Positions 37,982 through 52,095 are shown, numbered from the stretch's first letter. The stretch is 64,000 bases of DNA from Eledone cirrhosa (GCA_964016885.1 OZ024743.1:282348001-282412000); one strand, 5' to 3'. A program made the numbers and translations. The notes: generated from the sequence alone by a model not told the origin.

Positions 37982-38211
37982 TCAACCCTTTAGCATTTAC
38001 ATTGCTCTATATTTACTATTTTATTTTCACGGTAAAGGCTTTACCTCACTTAATTATCTCACATAATTTCGAATCTATGAGATTTTGATATTATTTATTT
38101 TGTGAACAATACCTTAACATCAGTATGAGCGGTCAGTTACAGCCAGTTTGAATAGTAAGAGGTGAGAGAATTTTTGGCTGGATATGGCCGGTTTAAATGC
38201 TAAAGGGTTAA
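37982..38211 (-). mobile_element. piggyBac MITE family 1
   Basis: CCCTTTAGCATTT TIRs; TTAA at the right end. Confidence 0.8.
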
Positions 38212-38813
38212 TATTAATCTAATGCGTCTATAATATTCCTTCCTAACTTTTATCCTTTATTTGTGTGTGTTGTACTCTCATCATCATCATTTTATGCCTG
38301 CTTTTTCCATGCTGGTATGTATTGAACAAGTTATTAAAGACCAAGACAATACTTAATCAAAGTCATTTGCCTCCTAGATTGAACAAGGGTCTCATCTTGC
38401 CGATGTTTTAGTTTGGGCCAGGTTTCTGCAGCTGAATGGCTGAATGCCCTTCCTAATATCAACCACTATACAGGGTGTACATGATGCATTTTATCATGGC
38501 AGCAGCACTAATGAGGCAGTCATGTTCTTTACATGATTGAACAATCCTTTCAACCATTTCTGCCCAGATCAATTAATAATTAAAAAATATTTTTATGTCT
38601 GTGTTTGATTTGATTCTTTTATCTCTGTTTCTTTATCTAAAATTATATGAGAAATACTTTTACTGGTGTACTGTCTACAAGTATATAATGAAAGCCAATA
38701 TTTGTGTACATAAAGAGGTACTTATACAAGTTGATGAACAATAACATTTCCTCTAACAATAGATAATATTATCTATTGATGAACAATAAACTTGACATGC
38801 TAGTGGTAAACAT

Positions 38814-39070
38814 TTAACCCTTTTGATAACGAAACTACTTGAAACTGCCTATTGTTATATAATATAAGACTTTTTTTAATGTTGATATCTATTTAAAAAT
38901 CTTCCACGATAATTTCATGCAACACCCTTTGTAAAGTTATGTTCCAAACACCAACTTAATGAGAAAGTTAATTGTATTACTATATCTCTCCATATTCTGC
39001 ATTACTTTCAAAATTATTTGTACTTCATAGGCAGTGTTTTTCATTAGAAATGTAGTAATGAAAGGGTTAA
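38814..39070. mobile_element. piggyBac MITE family 2 (older)
   Basis: TTAA|CCCTTT...GAAAGGG|TTAA; related copies at ~40420-40645, ~42320-42545 and 58596-59398. Confidence 0.6.
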
Positions 39071-40804
39071 TAACTGAAAAACATAAACCAGCTGGAAAAC
39101 ATTAATATGGGTTAAGGGTAAGTTTCCCTTTTTTCAGCAGCACTTTAAAAGTTCATGTCTCAGGTAAATGTGGAAACATGGTGTACATAATTTCCTCTTG
39201 ATTACCAAACGAGGTTCAATTTGTTCCTTCATCATTGAAGTTTTACTTGATGGTCAAACCTGTGGTTATGTTATATTTTAAATATGTTTGGCTATGCAAT
39301 CCTTTCATAAATATCAAGCATGGGATCCCAGATGCCATGGTGCCAATTTTGTCCATTTTTGTGAACCCTTAGCTGTAAATATTTCATTTTCTTCTTTAAC
39401 AGCTTATAGTTTTTTGTTTGTTTTTATTTTATATGTAGTTTTTTTTTATCTCCACTAATCTCAAGGCTTGTCAGTATATTCTTATTGTAAATATACTTTT
39501 CTTTAATATATGGATCAAGTTAAAATTGAATCAAGTTATCTTATCAAGATTTTAGCCATAACATGGTAAGCCCCCTCCCCTCATAGAGCAAGAATAAATC
39601 AATAGATTGAATCAACCCCACATAATTCTAGATAATACAACAATGTAATTTTCTCAAACTTGACCTCAGTTGACTTATGTTTGTACACATATCTTCTCTA
39701 CACAATCAATTTCCTCTAAAACTTTATGTTCGATACAAGAAGTGATCATTTAGTAAATGGATCATTGTCATAGAGTAGGGGTAAACTTCTAGTGAGTTAA
39801 GTACTCTCCTTCATAAATATGAGGCATTGAGTCTGTGTAAGAAACCAATGTTTCACTAAATGGCTGCTTGTTTTATATATTGTGAGTCATGCAAACACTA
39901 GAGTGGAAGTAAACTGAGCCAGTAACCTGTTTTCAGATGTTAGTTGTAGTCATATCATTTTCACTTCATCTTGTTCTTTTCCCTTATAAATTTGGGATAT
40001 TTTGTGTCCATGATGTAAAAAGGGAAACAAAAAAAAACAGTATTTATAATTTAAATGTTATTTTATTTCGTTGTTTGATTTTTTAAAGTTCAGAATTTTA
40101 GTTGTGATTGAAGAAAGTAAAAGATCAAACATGGTGTACATGTTTGTATGTGTGTATATATACATATAATGATAGAACATGACACCTAATCAGAACTTTA
40201 GATTTTATTGTTAGATAGATAACTATTCTATTTCACTTAATACCATTTTTACTAGATTATGCTATAAGAAGAAAAAGGAAGGTTTCGTCGTTTTAGATTT
40301 AGGTTACTTACTACTTAGAAATTTAAATTCTTAAAAGTAAGAATCCTATTGAATATCATATTATATTATGAACTAAGTAAATTAGAACTGGCCTACAGGA
40401 AACCCTTTTACATATATTTTATCCCTTTTGATATCAGCACACTCAAATTTGTGTCTGTATCTTTGAAATAAAACCATCCATTTTAAAAGGTTCCCATTTA
40501 AATTATAATCTTCCAAAATAATTTAATATATGAAGCTTTTGTTGTTACAAATACCATCTCATTAATAGTTTTAATAAATCCCTCCAAATTTTTAAATAAT
40601 TAATTGAATTATATTTCATTGGAAATATGGTCATGAAAGGGTTAATTCACTAAGAACATTTTTATGTTCAGTTACTTTTTAATACAATCTGCTATTTTTT
40701 AATAAATTTTGCACTTCTTTTTCATGAAATGGATCAAGCAACTCTGCTTAATGTATTCTTTTATTCTGTTTTTCATCCAATCTGTATAATAATTACTAAG
40801 TTAA

Positions 40805-41000
40805 GCACAAAGCCAGCAATTTTGGGAGAAGGGGAAAGTTGATTATATTGACCTCAGTATTTTTATGGTACTTTATATCATTGACCTTGAAAGGATGAAA
40901 GGCAAAGTTGACCTTGGCAGGATTTGAAATCAGACCGTAAAGGGCTGGAAGAAATACTGCTAAGCATTTTTCCAATGCAGTAACGACTCTGCCAATCCCC
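40805..41000 (-). mobile_element. SINE family 2
   Basis: Reverse complement of the 59050-59271 type (aaggatgaaaggcaaagttgacc). Confidence 0.65.
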
Positions 41001-41469
41001 TACCCTTTGTTGTTTTGATAATACTGATAATTATTATCAGTAGTTGTAGTAGGATGTAATGATGTCAGTCATGCCTTTACATAGCCAATACTTTCATGAA
41101 CTGACAGCCACACATATAATTAAAAAACAACAATTAATACTAGCATAGATGAATGAATCCAGCTTGAATGTGACAGCAAAAGCAACAATATCTCCTACAC
41201 AGAAGTAAGTAAGCCATCACTATTAGACATATTAAAAGGAATATCTACATTTGTTACTATATAGATGAATGATGTCACATGCGTGGTATATTTTGTGAAA
41301 CAATACACCACATTGTATTAAGATGTTCTACATTATTTCCTACAAAAATACGCTTAGAGGCTCAATGATGTAACAATGATGTTCTACATAAGACAGGTGA
41401 CACAATTTCAACTCTTTAGAGAGTGGCTTGCAAACGATGAATTTCAACACAATAGTGAGTTGCAAGATG

Positions 41470-41835
41470 CAGTTAAGAGCATTGGGCTTGAAATCGAAAG
41501 GTTGTGAGTTCAATGCTCGGACCGGGTGATGTGTTGTTTCCTTGAGCAAGACACTTTATTTCACATTGCTCCAGTTTACTCAGTGGAGGTGCCATGGCAA
41601 AAAAGCACCCAGCCCACGCTGTAAAGTGGACGTGTAGGCGCCACAGAAAAAAAGCACTCAGCACTCACTGTAAATGAGGTTGGTTTTAGGAAGGGCATCC
41701 ATCTGTAGAAATCAAGCCAGAATCAGTTCCCATATGAGCAAGACAAGGTCAGCCGACCGGACACTGCCCACAACAGGACAACCCGTCTAACCCATGCTAG
41801 CGTGGAAGAACGGACGTAAAAACGATGATGATGAT
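41470..41835 (+). mobile_element. SINE family 1 with A-type tail
   Basis: tRNA head, CORE-like segment, subrepeats, tail acccgtctaacccatgctagcgtggaagaacggacgtaaaaac(GAT)n. Confidence 0.85.
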
Positions 41836-42091
41836 TTAACATTTATTAACATCTATTTAAAAGAAACTTAAAATATACAAATTTGATAATTTTAATATAA
41901 AATCTTAATATATAAGACAAAAAAACAACCGTTTTAATATAAACATTTTTTTTTGTTTAAATTAATATTTGGTATTTCACCCTTAAGCTCTTATACAGTA
42001 TTTATTCCCATTTTTACTGAATATAGAAACATTTTACATGTTTCTTCATTTATTTCCTCCCATATATTAGAGAGGACACTCTTTAGTCACG

Positions 42092-42315
42092 TTAACCCTT
42101 TAGCATTTAAACTGGCCATAACTGGCCAAAATTCTCTCACCTCTTTCTGTTCAAACTGGCTGTAACCGGCCACTCATACTGATGTTAAGGTATTGATCTC
42201 AAAATAAATAATATCAAAATCTCATAGATTCGATATTATGTAAGATAATTATGTGAGATAAAGCCTTTACTGTGAAAATACAATAGTAAATATAATGTAA
42301 ATGCTAAAGGGTTAA
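42092..42315 (+). mobile_element. piggyBac MITE family 1
   Basis: TTAA-flanked with CCCTTTAGCATTT TIRs. Confidence 0.85.
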
Positions 42316-43269
42316 AGATTTCACCCTTTTAATACCAACCTGTCCAAAACTGCCTCTAGTTCTGTGAAACAAAACCACCCATTTTAAAGGGTTCCTATTT
42401 AAATAAAAATCTTTCAACATAATTTGATATAAGAACTTAATACCATGTAAATATCAAAATAATTAATAATTTTATAAGTCCCCATCATTTCTTCATTAAC
42501 TAATTCAAATACAGTTCATTAGAAATACGGTAGCGAAAGAGGTAACAACCCCTCAAGTGCTGGTGCCACAGTAAATATGGTAGCAAAAGAGGTAACAACC
42601 CCTCAAGTGCTGGTGCCACAGTAAAACACACCCCATATATTCTCTATTGTGTAAATGGGGTTGATGTTATAGGGAGGGTGTCCAGCCAAAGAAATCTTGA
42701 AAATTAGAACATACAAGCAAGACATGGTCTTCTACCACATCTAGGATGGCTGTAATTCTGAATAAGTTGGTCTGTGAAGAAATGTAAAATTCATTCCAGC
42801 ATGGAAAGCAAACATAAAATAATGAAGGGTGCGATAATTTTTTCTCATCATCTAAAAAACAACAAAAACATTAAAAGCAAAAGTAAGGGAAATAGGGAGA
42901 GAATAACAGACTCTACACTCCAGTCTAGGTGCTATATCTCAGCTGTGCCCTGTGGACAAAATGTCAAAGGTGTTGCTGTAGAGAAAAGGCAGTGACACCC
43001 ACTGCATCAACCACTTCATTTCCCAAGGCTCCTTCCTCAGACAGTATGCAGAAGAAAATGGCAGTTTGCGTTCTGAAGACAGCATAGGTGGCTGCCATGA
43101 AAAGTGACTGCCATGAAAAGGAAATGATTAATCATGAATACATTATCCATAAAATATATGACATATAAAATGGGATAAGTTTATTAATAAGAAACATAGC
43201 AGTAACAATTGTGAATCTAAAAGTGAATGTTCCGAAAAGTAACTCCATCTTAATATTAATGTAACGTCA

Positions 43270-43500
43270 AAGGGTAGTGGACAGGCAGAATTTGTAGATT
43301 GTAGGATAAAATGTCATTGCAATACTTGTTCTAACTCTTTACATTCTGAGTTCAAGTACAACTGCCAAGTACAACTTCACCTTTCATCCTTCTAGAGTTG
43401 ATAAAATAAAGTAGCAATCAAATATTGGGATTGATTTAATCAACTTTGACCTTCTCCAAAAATTGCTGGTCTTGTGTCTAAATTAGAAATCAATATTAAT
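43270..43500 (+). mobile_element. SINE family 2
   Basis: ctgagttcaag, cctttcatccttctagagttgataaaataaag, aattgctggtcttgtg. Confidence 0.6.
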
Positions 43501-43600
43501 AGAATAGCAGAACAACCCAATCACCAATATTGCAATAGTTATTTCAATTTTATTTATTTTTGGAGAGTAAATAAGGATCAGCCTATCAGATGATGATGAC

Positions 43601-43636
<36 letters not shown>

Positions 43637-44223
43637 GACAACAACAATAGTAATGTCGATGATGGTGAAGGAGTAGAGAAGGACAATGGTGATGATGGTG
43701 ATGGTGATAATAATAATGATGATGATGATGGTGATGATGATGATGATGATAATTTTAATGATGATTATGATGATGATGGAAATTCTTGTGCACTTCCCTA
43801 AACATTATTTTGTAATTTCTCAATCCCCTGCCCCACCCCATACACATTTAGACAAATCTCTGATGAGGTCACTCAAATTTTAGGGATGGTCTCCTGCATG
43901 AGATAAAATATGCACTCTGCACAGCATCTATCTATGTTTCCATATTATGCCATATCTATCAATTCTGAGAATAAACAGCATCTATAAAGCTATCTCTATA
44001 CTTTTAGTTACATGTTGGAAAACATACTGAATGCAACGGCACCTCTGGGAAATTTTCCGATGTCATCTATACTTTTGACTGTCTGTACATACATTTATTT
44101 ATACTAAATATCTATCTATCTGTCTGTCTACTGATAAATTTTTATCTCCACTTCTTTTTCTTACCTCTATGCATGAATGCATTATATATATATATCAAAT
44201 TGATGATATATATATCATGCTGA

Positions 44224-44269
<46 letters not shown>

Positions 44270-44271
<2 letters not shown>

Positions 44272-45173
44272 AATATTCTATGACTGTTGATCGCAAATAG
44301 ATAGCTGTCGTATAGATAGCTGTCGTATAGATAGCTGTCGTTTATTTATCTATTATTTCTTCATAGGTGTCTTTTAATCTTATAGCCTGGTTTAATTGTT
44401 TTTTGTGTGGTTGATTGTGCTGAATGGGAGAGGAAATGGTGTATATATTTTATCAAATGATTCTATCGACATACTTTATTGTATATTGCTCTGATTGTTG
44501 ATTATTTAATTAATTAATTCGTCATTGAGCCACATCGTGAATGGTTGCCAAAAACATATATATATATCTATGACTTTCTCTAGTTTGTGTATATGTAAAT
44601 CTTTATATTTGATAATCTCCCATATGGTTGAGATGCAATTTAGGCAATATTAGGCTGCGCTTTCTAGCAACCAGCCCACTCGCCTTAAGGCACCAATCAC
44701 ATTCTTTCTGACTTGACCACTGCCACGTCACAGTTCTTAGCCATTTTGAATTCGTTTCTGGCGGGGATCATTTAAGAAAAATTTTCGTCCAAGTGAGTTT
44801 GTTTCCTGATGATTTCGAAGGTCGTGAATTTATCCTTGATCGGATATTTCCAAAAGCGAATGAAAACCCATGGGGTAGAAACGTAATTTTGGTATGTTTA
44901 TATACATTTTTTCTTCTAACTTTGATTTTATACCTAATTGTGTATGGTTAATGATATATTTAATCGATTCCCACGTGCTATTGGAAATGGTGGGTAAATA
45001 TTCCATGGCTGTTGATCACGAATAGATAGCTGCTGTTTATTTATCTATTATTTCTTCATAGGTGTCTTTTAATCTTATAGCCTGGTTTAATTGGTTTTTT
45101 GTGTGGTTGATTATGCTGATTGGGAGAGGAAATGGTGTATATATTTTATCAAATGATTCTATGGACATACTTT

Positions 45174-45180
<7 letters not shown>
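44270..45180 (-). mobile_element. ~900-bp element with ~190-bp terminal direct repeats inside (TA)n; possibly a decayed partial-tandem Penelope-like element
   Basis: 44270-44486 repeats at 44998-45180; minus-strand LEEKMYI...RINSR weakly resembles PLE endonuclease C-termini. Confidence 0.45.
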
Positions 45181-45210
<30 letters not shown>

Positions 45211-46230
45211 AAATAAAAGACAAATTTCAATTCATTGAGAAAGTTTTGTATATAACACTTTCAGCACATCACTATTTTTCTGTGTGGGGGAGTGTGTGTG
45301 TGTGTGTGTGTGTGTGTGCACACGTGTGCGTGAGTGTGTGTTTCAAGTTTGGAAATTTCTTTGCAACTTACTATTCAAATGTTCTCAGTGGGAGGGATCA
45401 TCTTTGCCTGAACATTCCCAGCAAGAAATTAAAATGCAGTGCATCTGCTTTGTTTCCACTAGGCATTTCATGTTTAAGTATGTGTGTATATATATATATA
45501 ATTATAATAATAATAATAGTGTTTGCAAAATTAACCAATTTTCTTTTGCCAGGCAGCAACACAAGTCTAATTAATCACGGTTACCTCCTGCTCACTCAAT
45601 GAGACAAAAAATGAATTTTTGAATCACAGTGGACTCCTTAGATTTAGTGGGAAGACAATGATACATGAAGAAAGCCAAAGGGATAAATTAATAAATCCAC
45701 AGTTAGCCAGACCAACATGGTTTCTAATGTGTTGTCTGTTTATTACCATCTCAGTCGCAAGTGCACATCAAACAGTAATTATGTAAGCAATCTTGGACTA
45801 GTGCATTATCTTCAGTTGAGATTTGTCCACTATTCTCAGATGCACACACACACACACACACATACATACACACACATACACATATATATATAGTTAATAC
45901 ATCACCCTTTAACACCCGCTTCATGACCAATATAACTACAGTATTTTTCAAAATTTTCAAGCGTCTATAATAACGGACTTTTTATCTGTTTAAATATACC
46001 CCTATTAAGTTATATCCTATGAAATTTTGAGATTTTATTTCACATATCCATTGTAAGCTGACCGTAGAGGTCTATATTTTGGATATGTCTTATACATCAA
46101 ATATTGTATTTTATCTGATGAAAGCATACAATAATTTAGTATCCTTGAAATATGTATAATAAAATAAATATGATGCTATAGTGATATTTTCCATTTATTA
46201 CTATTGTTAATATTAATATATATATATATA

Positions 46231-47011
46231 TACGCAATTCAGATCTTGGGTACACAAGAGATGTAGTGGGAAAGCAGGCAAACTAACAGGTAGGGAAAAC
46301 TACGTATGCAGTAGATGTACAGGGAAAGTTGACAGTAGTAATCGCAGTGATAGACTCATTTTTCCAATGCAGGTGGGTTCTATAGAAGTGGTTGATAGCT
46401 TCTGGTACCTAGGTGATCAGATTAGCATGGGAGGGGGGTGTTCCGAGGCCATAGTATCTAGAATAAGGATGGGTTGGAAGAGGTTTCTGGAGCTGCTTCC
46501 TCTGTTGACAAAGAAGGGTTTCTCCCTGCATACGAAAGGACGGTTATATGATGCCTGTGTGAGATGCGCGATGTTGTATGGTAGTGAGACATGGGCAGCA
46601 ACTACAGAGGATATGCGACGGCTGGAGAGAAATGAAGCAAGCATGCTCCGTTGGATGTGCAATGTCAATGTGCGTGAATGACCAAGCATAGATGATTTGA
46701 GAGAGAAACTGGGTATAAGAAGGATAAGTTGTCGTATGCAGGAGAGAAGACTGAGATGGTATGGACATGTGATGCGCATGGAGGATGACTGCTGGGTAAA
46801 GAAGTGCCAAGAAATCCCAGTAGAAGGAAGACGCAGTAGAGGAAGACCACGAAAAACATGGGCGGAGGTGGTGAGAGCAGACCTCAGATCACTGAAGCTC
46901 ACGAAGGAGATGACGAAGGACCGCGACAAGTGGAGAGATGTTGTGCTGAATAGGGCCTATCCCACCCTTGCAAGCAGGGAAAAGCGGACATAAAATGATG
47001 ATGATGATGAT
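46231..47011 (+). mobile_element. RTE family B 3' part
   Basis: Closely similar to 11880-12654; ends LASREKRT* then (GAT)n. Confidence 0.9.
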
Positions 47012-47400
47012 ACACCTTGAAGGAGGCCATCCGGACTAGCAACTGCTAATTTTTGGCTGCCTTCTCGTCTTCGGCATTTCTATCTGCTTTTCAGCCCCTT
47101 GGATTGTGTCTATTATTATATTCCTTTGTTGGATAAATTTCAGTATACCTGATGATGTCACCGGATTCATACTGAACCCGGTCATTGAAATGTTCATAGT
47201 ATAATAAATCTTTGAGGAATTACGCCAGTCCAGCCTCCTGTCATTTTATAATAATTAACTCCGTACTCACACCACCAACAACACAAACAAAGACGGGTGA
47301 GTTGCATTACGTCGAGTGCTCTCCCTAATATTACATCAAGTTTGACTATACGGAATGACCAGTTCTATCCAGTGGTGAACCAACAAACCTAAATGAATAT
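47012..47400 (+). mobile_element. Penelope-like terminal repeat fragment with a degenerate hammerhead motif
   Basis: CTGATGA (47149), long stem accgg..ccggt, GAAA (47187), AATAAA (47203); second copy at 12655-12868. Confidence 0.5.
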
Positions 47401-47469
47401 ATATATATATATAACACATATATATATATATAATTAATATATATATATATATAATAATATATATAATAA

Positions 47470-49527
47470 AAGGGACCAGCAGTGTTAGTCGAAGGTAGTA
47501 TAATAAGTAAGGCAATCAAAGATATGAAGACAGGTAAGGTGGCTGGGCCTTCGGAAATAGTTGCTGAAATGCTGAAAGCTTCTGGAACGGTGGGACACAC
47601 CATGGTCACCCGGATAGTAAACCAAGTCATACAGAATGGGGTTGTTCCGAAGGACTGGCGTAGCAGCATCATCATTAACTGCTACAAGGGTAAAGGAGAT
47701 GCTCTAGATAGGAGTAACTATAGAGGCATTAAATTAATCGACCAGGTCATGAAGGTCACAGAAAAAGTAATAGCGCAACTAATCAGAGAGCGAATTGATC
47801 TAGATGAAATGTAGTTCGGATTTGTGTCAGGCAAAAGTACCACAGACGCTCTTTTTATTGTACGACAACTACAGGAGAAGTACCTAGCTAAAAGTAAACC
47901 CCTATACTTAGCTTTTGTCGACTTGGAGAAAGCCTTCGACAGAGTCCCCCGTTCCATTATCTGGTGGGTTCTTAGAAAACTAGGTGTTGATGAATGGCTT
48001 GTGAGAGCTATATAAGCCATGTATAAAGAAACAGTCAGCAAGGTTAGAATTAACAACGAATATAGTGAAGAGTTTAGCGTAAAAGTTGGTGTTCATCAGG
48101 GCTCCATTCTTAGCCCCCTACTATTTATTATTGCCCTTCAGGCTATAACAGTGAAGTTCAAGACCGGCTGCCCATGGGAACTCCTATACGCAGATGATCT
48201 AACGCTCATAGCTGAATCAATGGCCGAACTAGAGAAGAAATTCCAAACATGGAAGCATGGCCTAGAATCAAAAGGCCTTAAAATTAACCTGTCTAAGACT
48301 AAAGTTCTAGTTTGTAGGAAGGAAAATAGGGTGCCAGTCCCATCCGGGAAATGGCCATGCTCAGTGTGTAGGAAAGGAGTAGGTAGAAACTCCATTTTAT
48401 GTCCCAAATGCAAAGTATGGGTGCATAAAAGATCACAGGTAAGCTAACTAAGAACATAGATTTTATATGTGGCCGGTGCTCTGGTGCAATAAGTAGCAAC
48501 AAGTGCCCACAAAATACTAGCTCATTCCATTGCACAGATGGTTCTATAGAAATAGTGGACAGCTTCCGTTACCTGGGTGACAAAATCAGCAGTGGGGGAG
48601 GGTGCTCTGAAAGTACAGTAGCTAGAGTCAGAACTGGAGGGAAAAAGTTCAGAGAGCTTATACCACTATTAGCCGCTAAAGTGTTCTCCCTAAAAATGAA
48701 AGGCAGGCTGTATGATGCCTGCATACAAACAGCAATGTTGCATGGCAGTGAGACCTGGGCATTTTGTGCAGAGGATATACGCAGACTGGAGAGGAACGAA
48801 GCTTGCATGCTCCACTGGATGTGTAATAGTAATATACGTGAATGGCAAAGCATAAACGAACTAAGGGAAAAATTAGAAATAAGAGGGATCAGATGTTGTT
48901 TACTCGAGAGAAGGCTACGTTGGTATGGTCACGTGATGCGCATGAAAGACGACAGCTGTATAAAAAAGTGCAGGGCAATAAAAATAGACGGTAGCCACGG
49001 AGTAGGCAGACCCAGAAAAACCTGGGACGACTTGATAAATTCCGACCTCACACACTTACACCTCTCCAAGACAATGTCACTGGACCGAGATCTTTGGCGC
49101 TACATAGTAATAGAGAAAACCCGCCTTACCTAAGTACACAGTGAAACTTACTACAGTCAGTAGGCACCTCTAACAAAATACACCCCCGTCCCACTACCCC
49201 CACCCCATCCACACCACCCCTTTCAATGTAAAGTTATGTTGGTACCACAACACCCAGCCCGAAACAAATGAGGTCGTGTAGGTATCATGACAAAAAAACA
49301 CACAGTCCACGCTGTAATGTGGCCGTGTAGGTAACACAGTAAAAACCTCCCAGTTCCACACTGTAAATGTGGTTGGTGTTAGGAAGGGCATCCAGCTGTA
49401 GAAAACCCGCCAGACAGTCCTATGCGAGCAAGACAACCACTCTTGCCTCAAGTGGGAAAACTCCCGTCCAAACCCATACAAGCGTGGAATATGGACGTTA
49501 AACGATGATGATGATGATGATGATGAT
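47470..49527 (+). mobile_element. RTE family A, 5'-truncated
   Basis: RT motifs, PHD-like cluster CSVC..CPKC..WVHKR, same 3' UTR and (GAT)n tail. Confidence 0.92.
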
Positions 49528-49717
49528 AATTAAAGAAAGAAGAGTAACATGGTTGGCTGTACAATAAGGGCTTTATTCACAGTGCTGACAATTGTTTCGT
49601 TGATCTGGTAGGTCTAGAGCTCGCTAATCGCTTGATGTTGCGTCAATCGACTACCTCTAAGTGGATTACCTATAATGATAACTTGTTATCCCATATATAT
49701 ATATATACATATATATA

Positions 49718-50067
49718 ACAAGAGGGTAGTGGGGCCAGAGTCCTCAAACGCTCCTTACTCGGGGTCTACACTTGTGTCTTCTGCTGGTTGGTTTTGCCCA
49801 TAAAATCTGTCCCCTGATTCTTTCCTAAGACATTCTAACCACATGCCCATAGTATCAGAGCTGTGATCTCTCAATTTGGAGAAGTAGCAGCTCTACTTGG
49901 AGTGACTCTCTCTGATATCCAAGTTACGCACTTTATTGTGTAACGTTACTCCAAAGACCCTTCAGAGGAATCCCATTTCAGCTGCTTGTATTCGCGATTG
50001 TTTTCTTTTGGTTATTACCCAAGATTCATGACCATAGGTAAGAGTTGACACGAAAACTGAATTGTAT
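49718..50067 (-). mobile_element. RTE 3' fragment of a further family
   Basis: SVFVSTLTYGHESW...RIQAAEMGFL, YYGHVVRM. Confidence 0.7.
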
Positions 50068-50084
50068 ATTTATATATGTATATT

Positions 50085-50335
50085 TATAAGTATATAAGAA
50101 AGTGCTCAAGTGCAGAAATGCTATAAAAATACCCTATAAAATAGGGGGCAGAACCTTAAAAGATAGAAAAAGAAGTTGCCATCGGCCGCTAAAGCTCGTA
50201 TCTGACTGATATGGGGGTTCATTTCCTCATAGCGGCTGATGGTAACTTCTTTTTTCGTATCTTAAAGGTCTTCACCCTATTTTATAAGCTATCTTTATAA
50301 CATTTCTGTGCTTGAGCACTTTGTTTATACTTATA
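50085..50335. repeat. Imperfect palindrome (~105-bp arms, ~40-bp loop) in (TA)n
   Basis: aaagtgctcaagtgcagaaatg...gttgccatcggccgcta pairs with tagcggctgatggtaac...catttctgtgcttgagcacttt. Confidence 0.85.
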
Positions 50336-50605
50336 TATATATACATATATTCTCAGCGTTTCAAAAGCCAAATATTCAGCTTCATAAATTGTTTGTTTAT
50401 ATATATATATATATATATGTGTGAGTGTGTATTATGTATGTATGTATATATGTATGTAAATGTAGTTGACATTAGTTAGGACATCGAGCTGTAGAAACCA
50501 AGCCAGAAACAGTTCTGTATGAGCAAGACATGGTCACTTGACCCGACAACCCGTCTAACCCATGCTAGTATGGAAAATAGGCATTAAACAATGATGATGA
50601 TGATG

Positions 50606-50640
<35 letters not shown>

Positions 50641-50719
50641 ATATATATGTTTATGTAAATATACAATAGAGTCTTACACATAAAAGGTAGTGAGCTGAAA
50701 AACTTTTTTCATGTGATCA

Positions 50720-51435
50720 GGATTAAACGAGCATGATGAAGATGGTAAATGAAGAGACAAAGAGGTCCTCATTGCTAGTATGCTTCCAACCCCACTCCTG
50801 GTCTGCCATCCCCAACCATCTAGTAAACCCACACCCTTTAGGCCTCCTCTACTTACACCTGTCATCTCTCTTTCCTCAACCAGCCCATGCCAATATAGTT
50901 GCCTCCGCTATATTAGTCTTGCTCACTCACATCCTTCATCGTCCAACCCATGCCAGCATAGAAATACCTCTGCACCCTCCCACTGGGCTTGTTTCACACA
51001 CATTCTTTGTCACCCCCAACCCACATTCCTTGGCCAGACTGGGCCATTTTGGAAAGCTAGGCACAATATACTACCAGATGCCATCTACTCTTTTCAATGG
51101 ACTCCCTATAACCTGGTGCTTGCTAACACACTCTGGGATGAACCACCACCCAGCAAACAAGATGTAGTTCTCTCCCCAGTGACTCTCAGTTTACACCCCA
51201 TCACTCTCATCACTGACATCCCAGCATAGCTGGGGACATAGCTAGTGCCCTTATGTTGTAATGGAACAGAACTGGTGTCACAATAAAATGCCTCCAGCCC
51301 ACTCTGTAAAGTGGCAGGCATTAGGAAGGGTATCCAGCTGTAGAAACCATCCTAAAATGGAACATACGATAGACATGGTCTCCTGCTCTGTCTAGTCTCA
51401 AAATATGGCAATCCATCGTGATGATGATGATGATA
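50720..51435 (+). mobile_element. Retroposon with a C-rich non-coding body ending in the shared 3' module
   Basis: ctgtaaagtggcaggcattaggaagggtatccagctgtagaaa...(GAT)n followed by TA repeats. Confidence 0.5.
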
Positions 51436-51452
51436 TATAATTACATATATAT

Positions 51453-51512
<60 letters not shown>

Positions 51513-52095
51513 AATTTCACAACAATTACCAAACCATACTTGAGAACATGCCTAAAGAGGATTATCAAGTTGGGTATGGTTTTGATGTGAGTGAAAAAGA
51601 AAATATGTATATATATGTATATGTGTGTGTGTATATATATATACATGCATATATATATATATATGCATATATATATGCATATATATATATATACATATAT
51701 ATATGTATATGTGTGTGTGTATACACACACACACTTAAATTTAACCTCATTCTCATCTAACCCAGTAAATAAATGAAACATTTTAACAGAAAATAGTAAG
51801 CTTTTGGTTGTTGTTCAGAAGCTTTACAAGCAAGTCGTCATCTTATATACCTTTGCTTCAGGATCTCTAACCAGTTTTTCAAAAAATAATTTTTTGTAAA
51901 TGCTTTCTTACATTTATATATTTTTTCCTCTCATTTAACAGTCAATATAAATAAAGGAGAATGCTTCTAACTGTTATTTTTTTTCTTTCTTCAAACTGTA
52001 AATTAAACCTGATAGATTAATATTCACCCATTGACATTCAAGGCCAATAAAGAATAAGAATCAATATTTTTGCTAGCATTTCCCTATATAGTAAC

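Noticed and set aside
42520-42625. ~50-bp tandem duplication
   Set aside because: Ordinary local duplication across a MITE/SINE junction; no sign of function.
43859-43900. CTGATGAG hammerhead-like start
   Set aside because: No properly placed GAAA or helices.
49530-49690. Hammerhead-like GAAACAATTGTC plus AATAAA on the minus strand
   Set aside because: No intact CTGANGA core found; at most a decayed PLE terminus.
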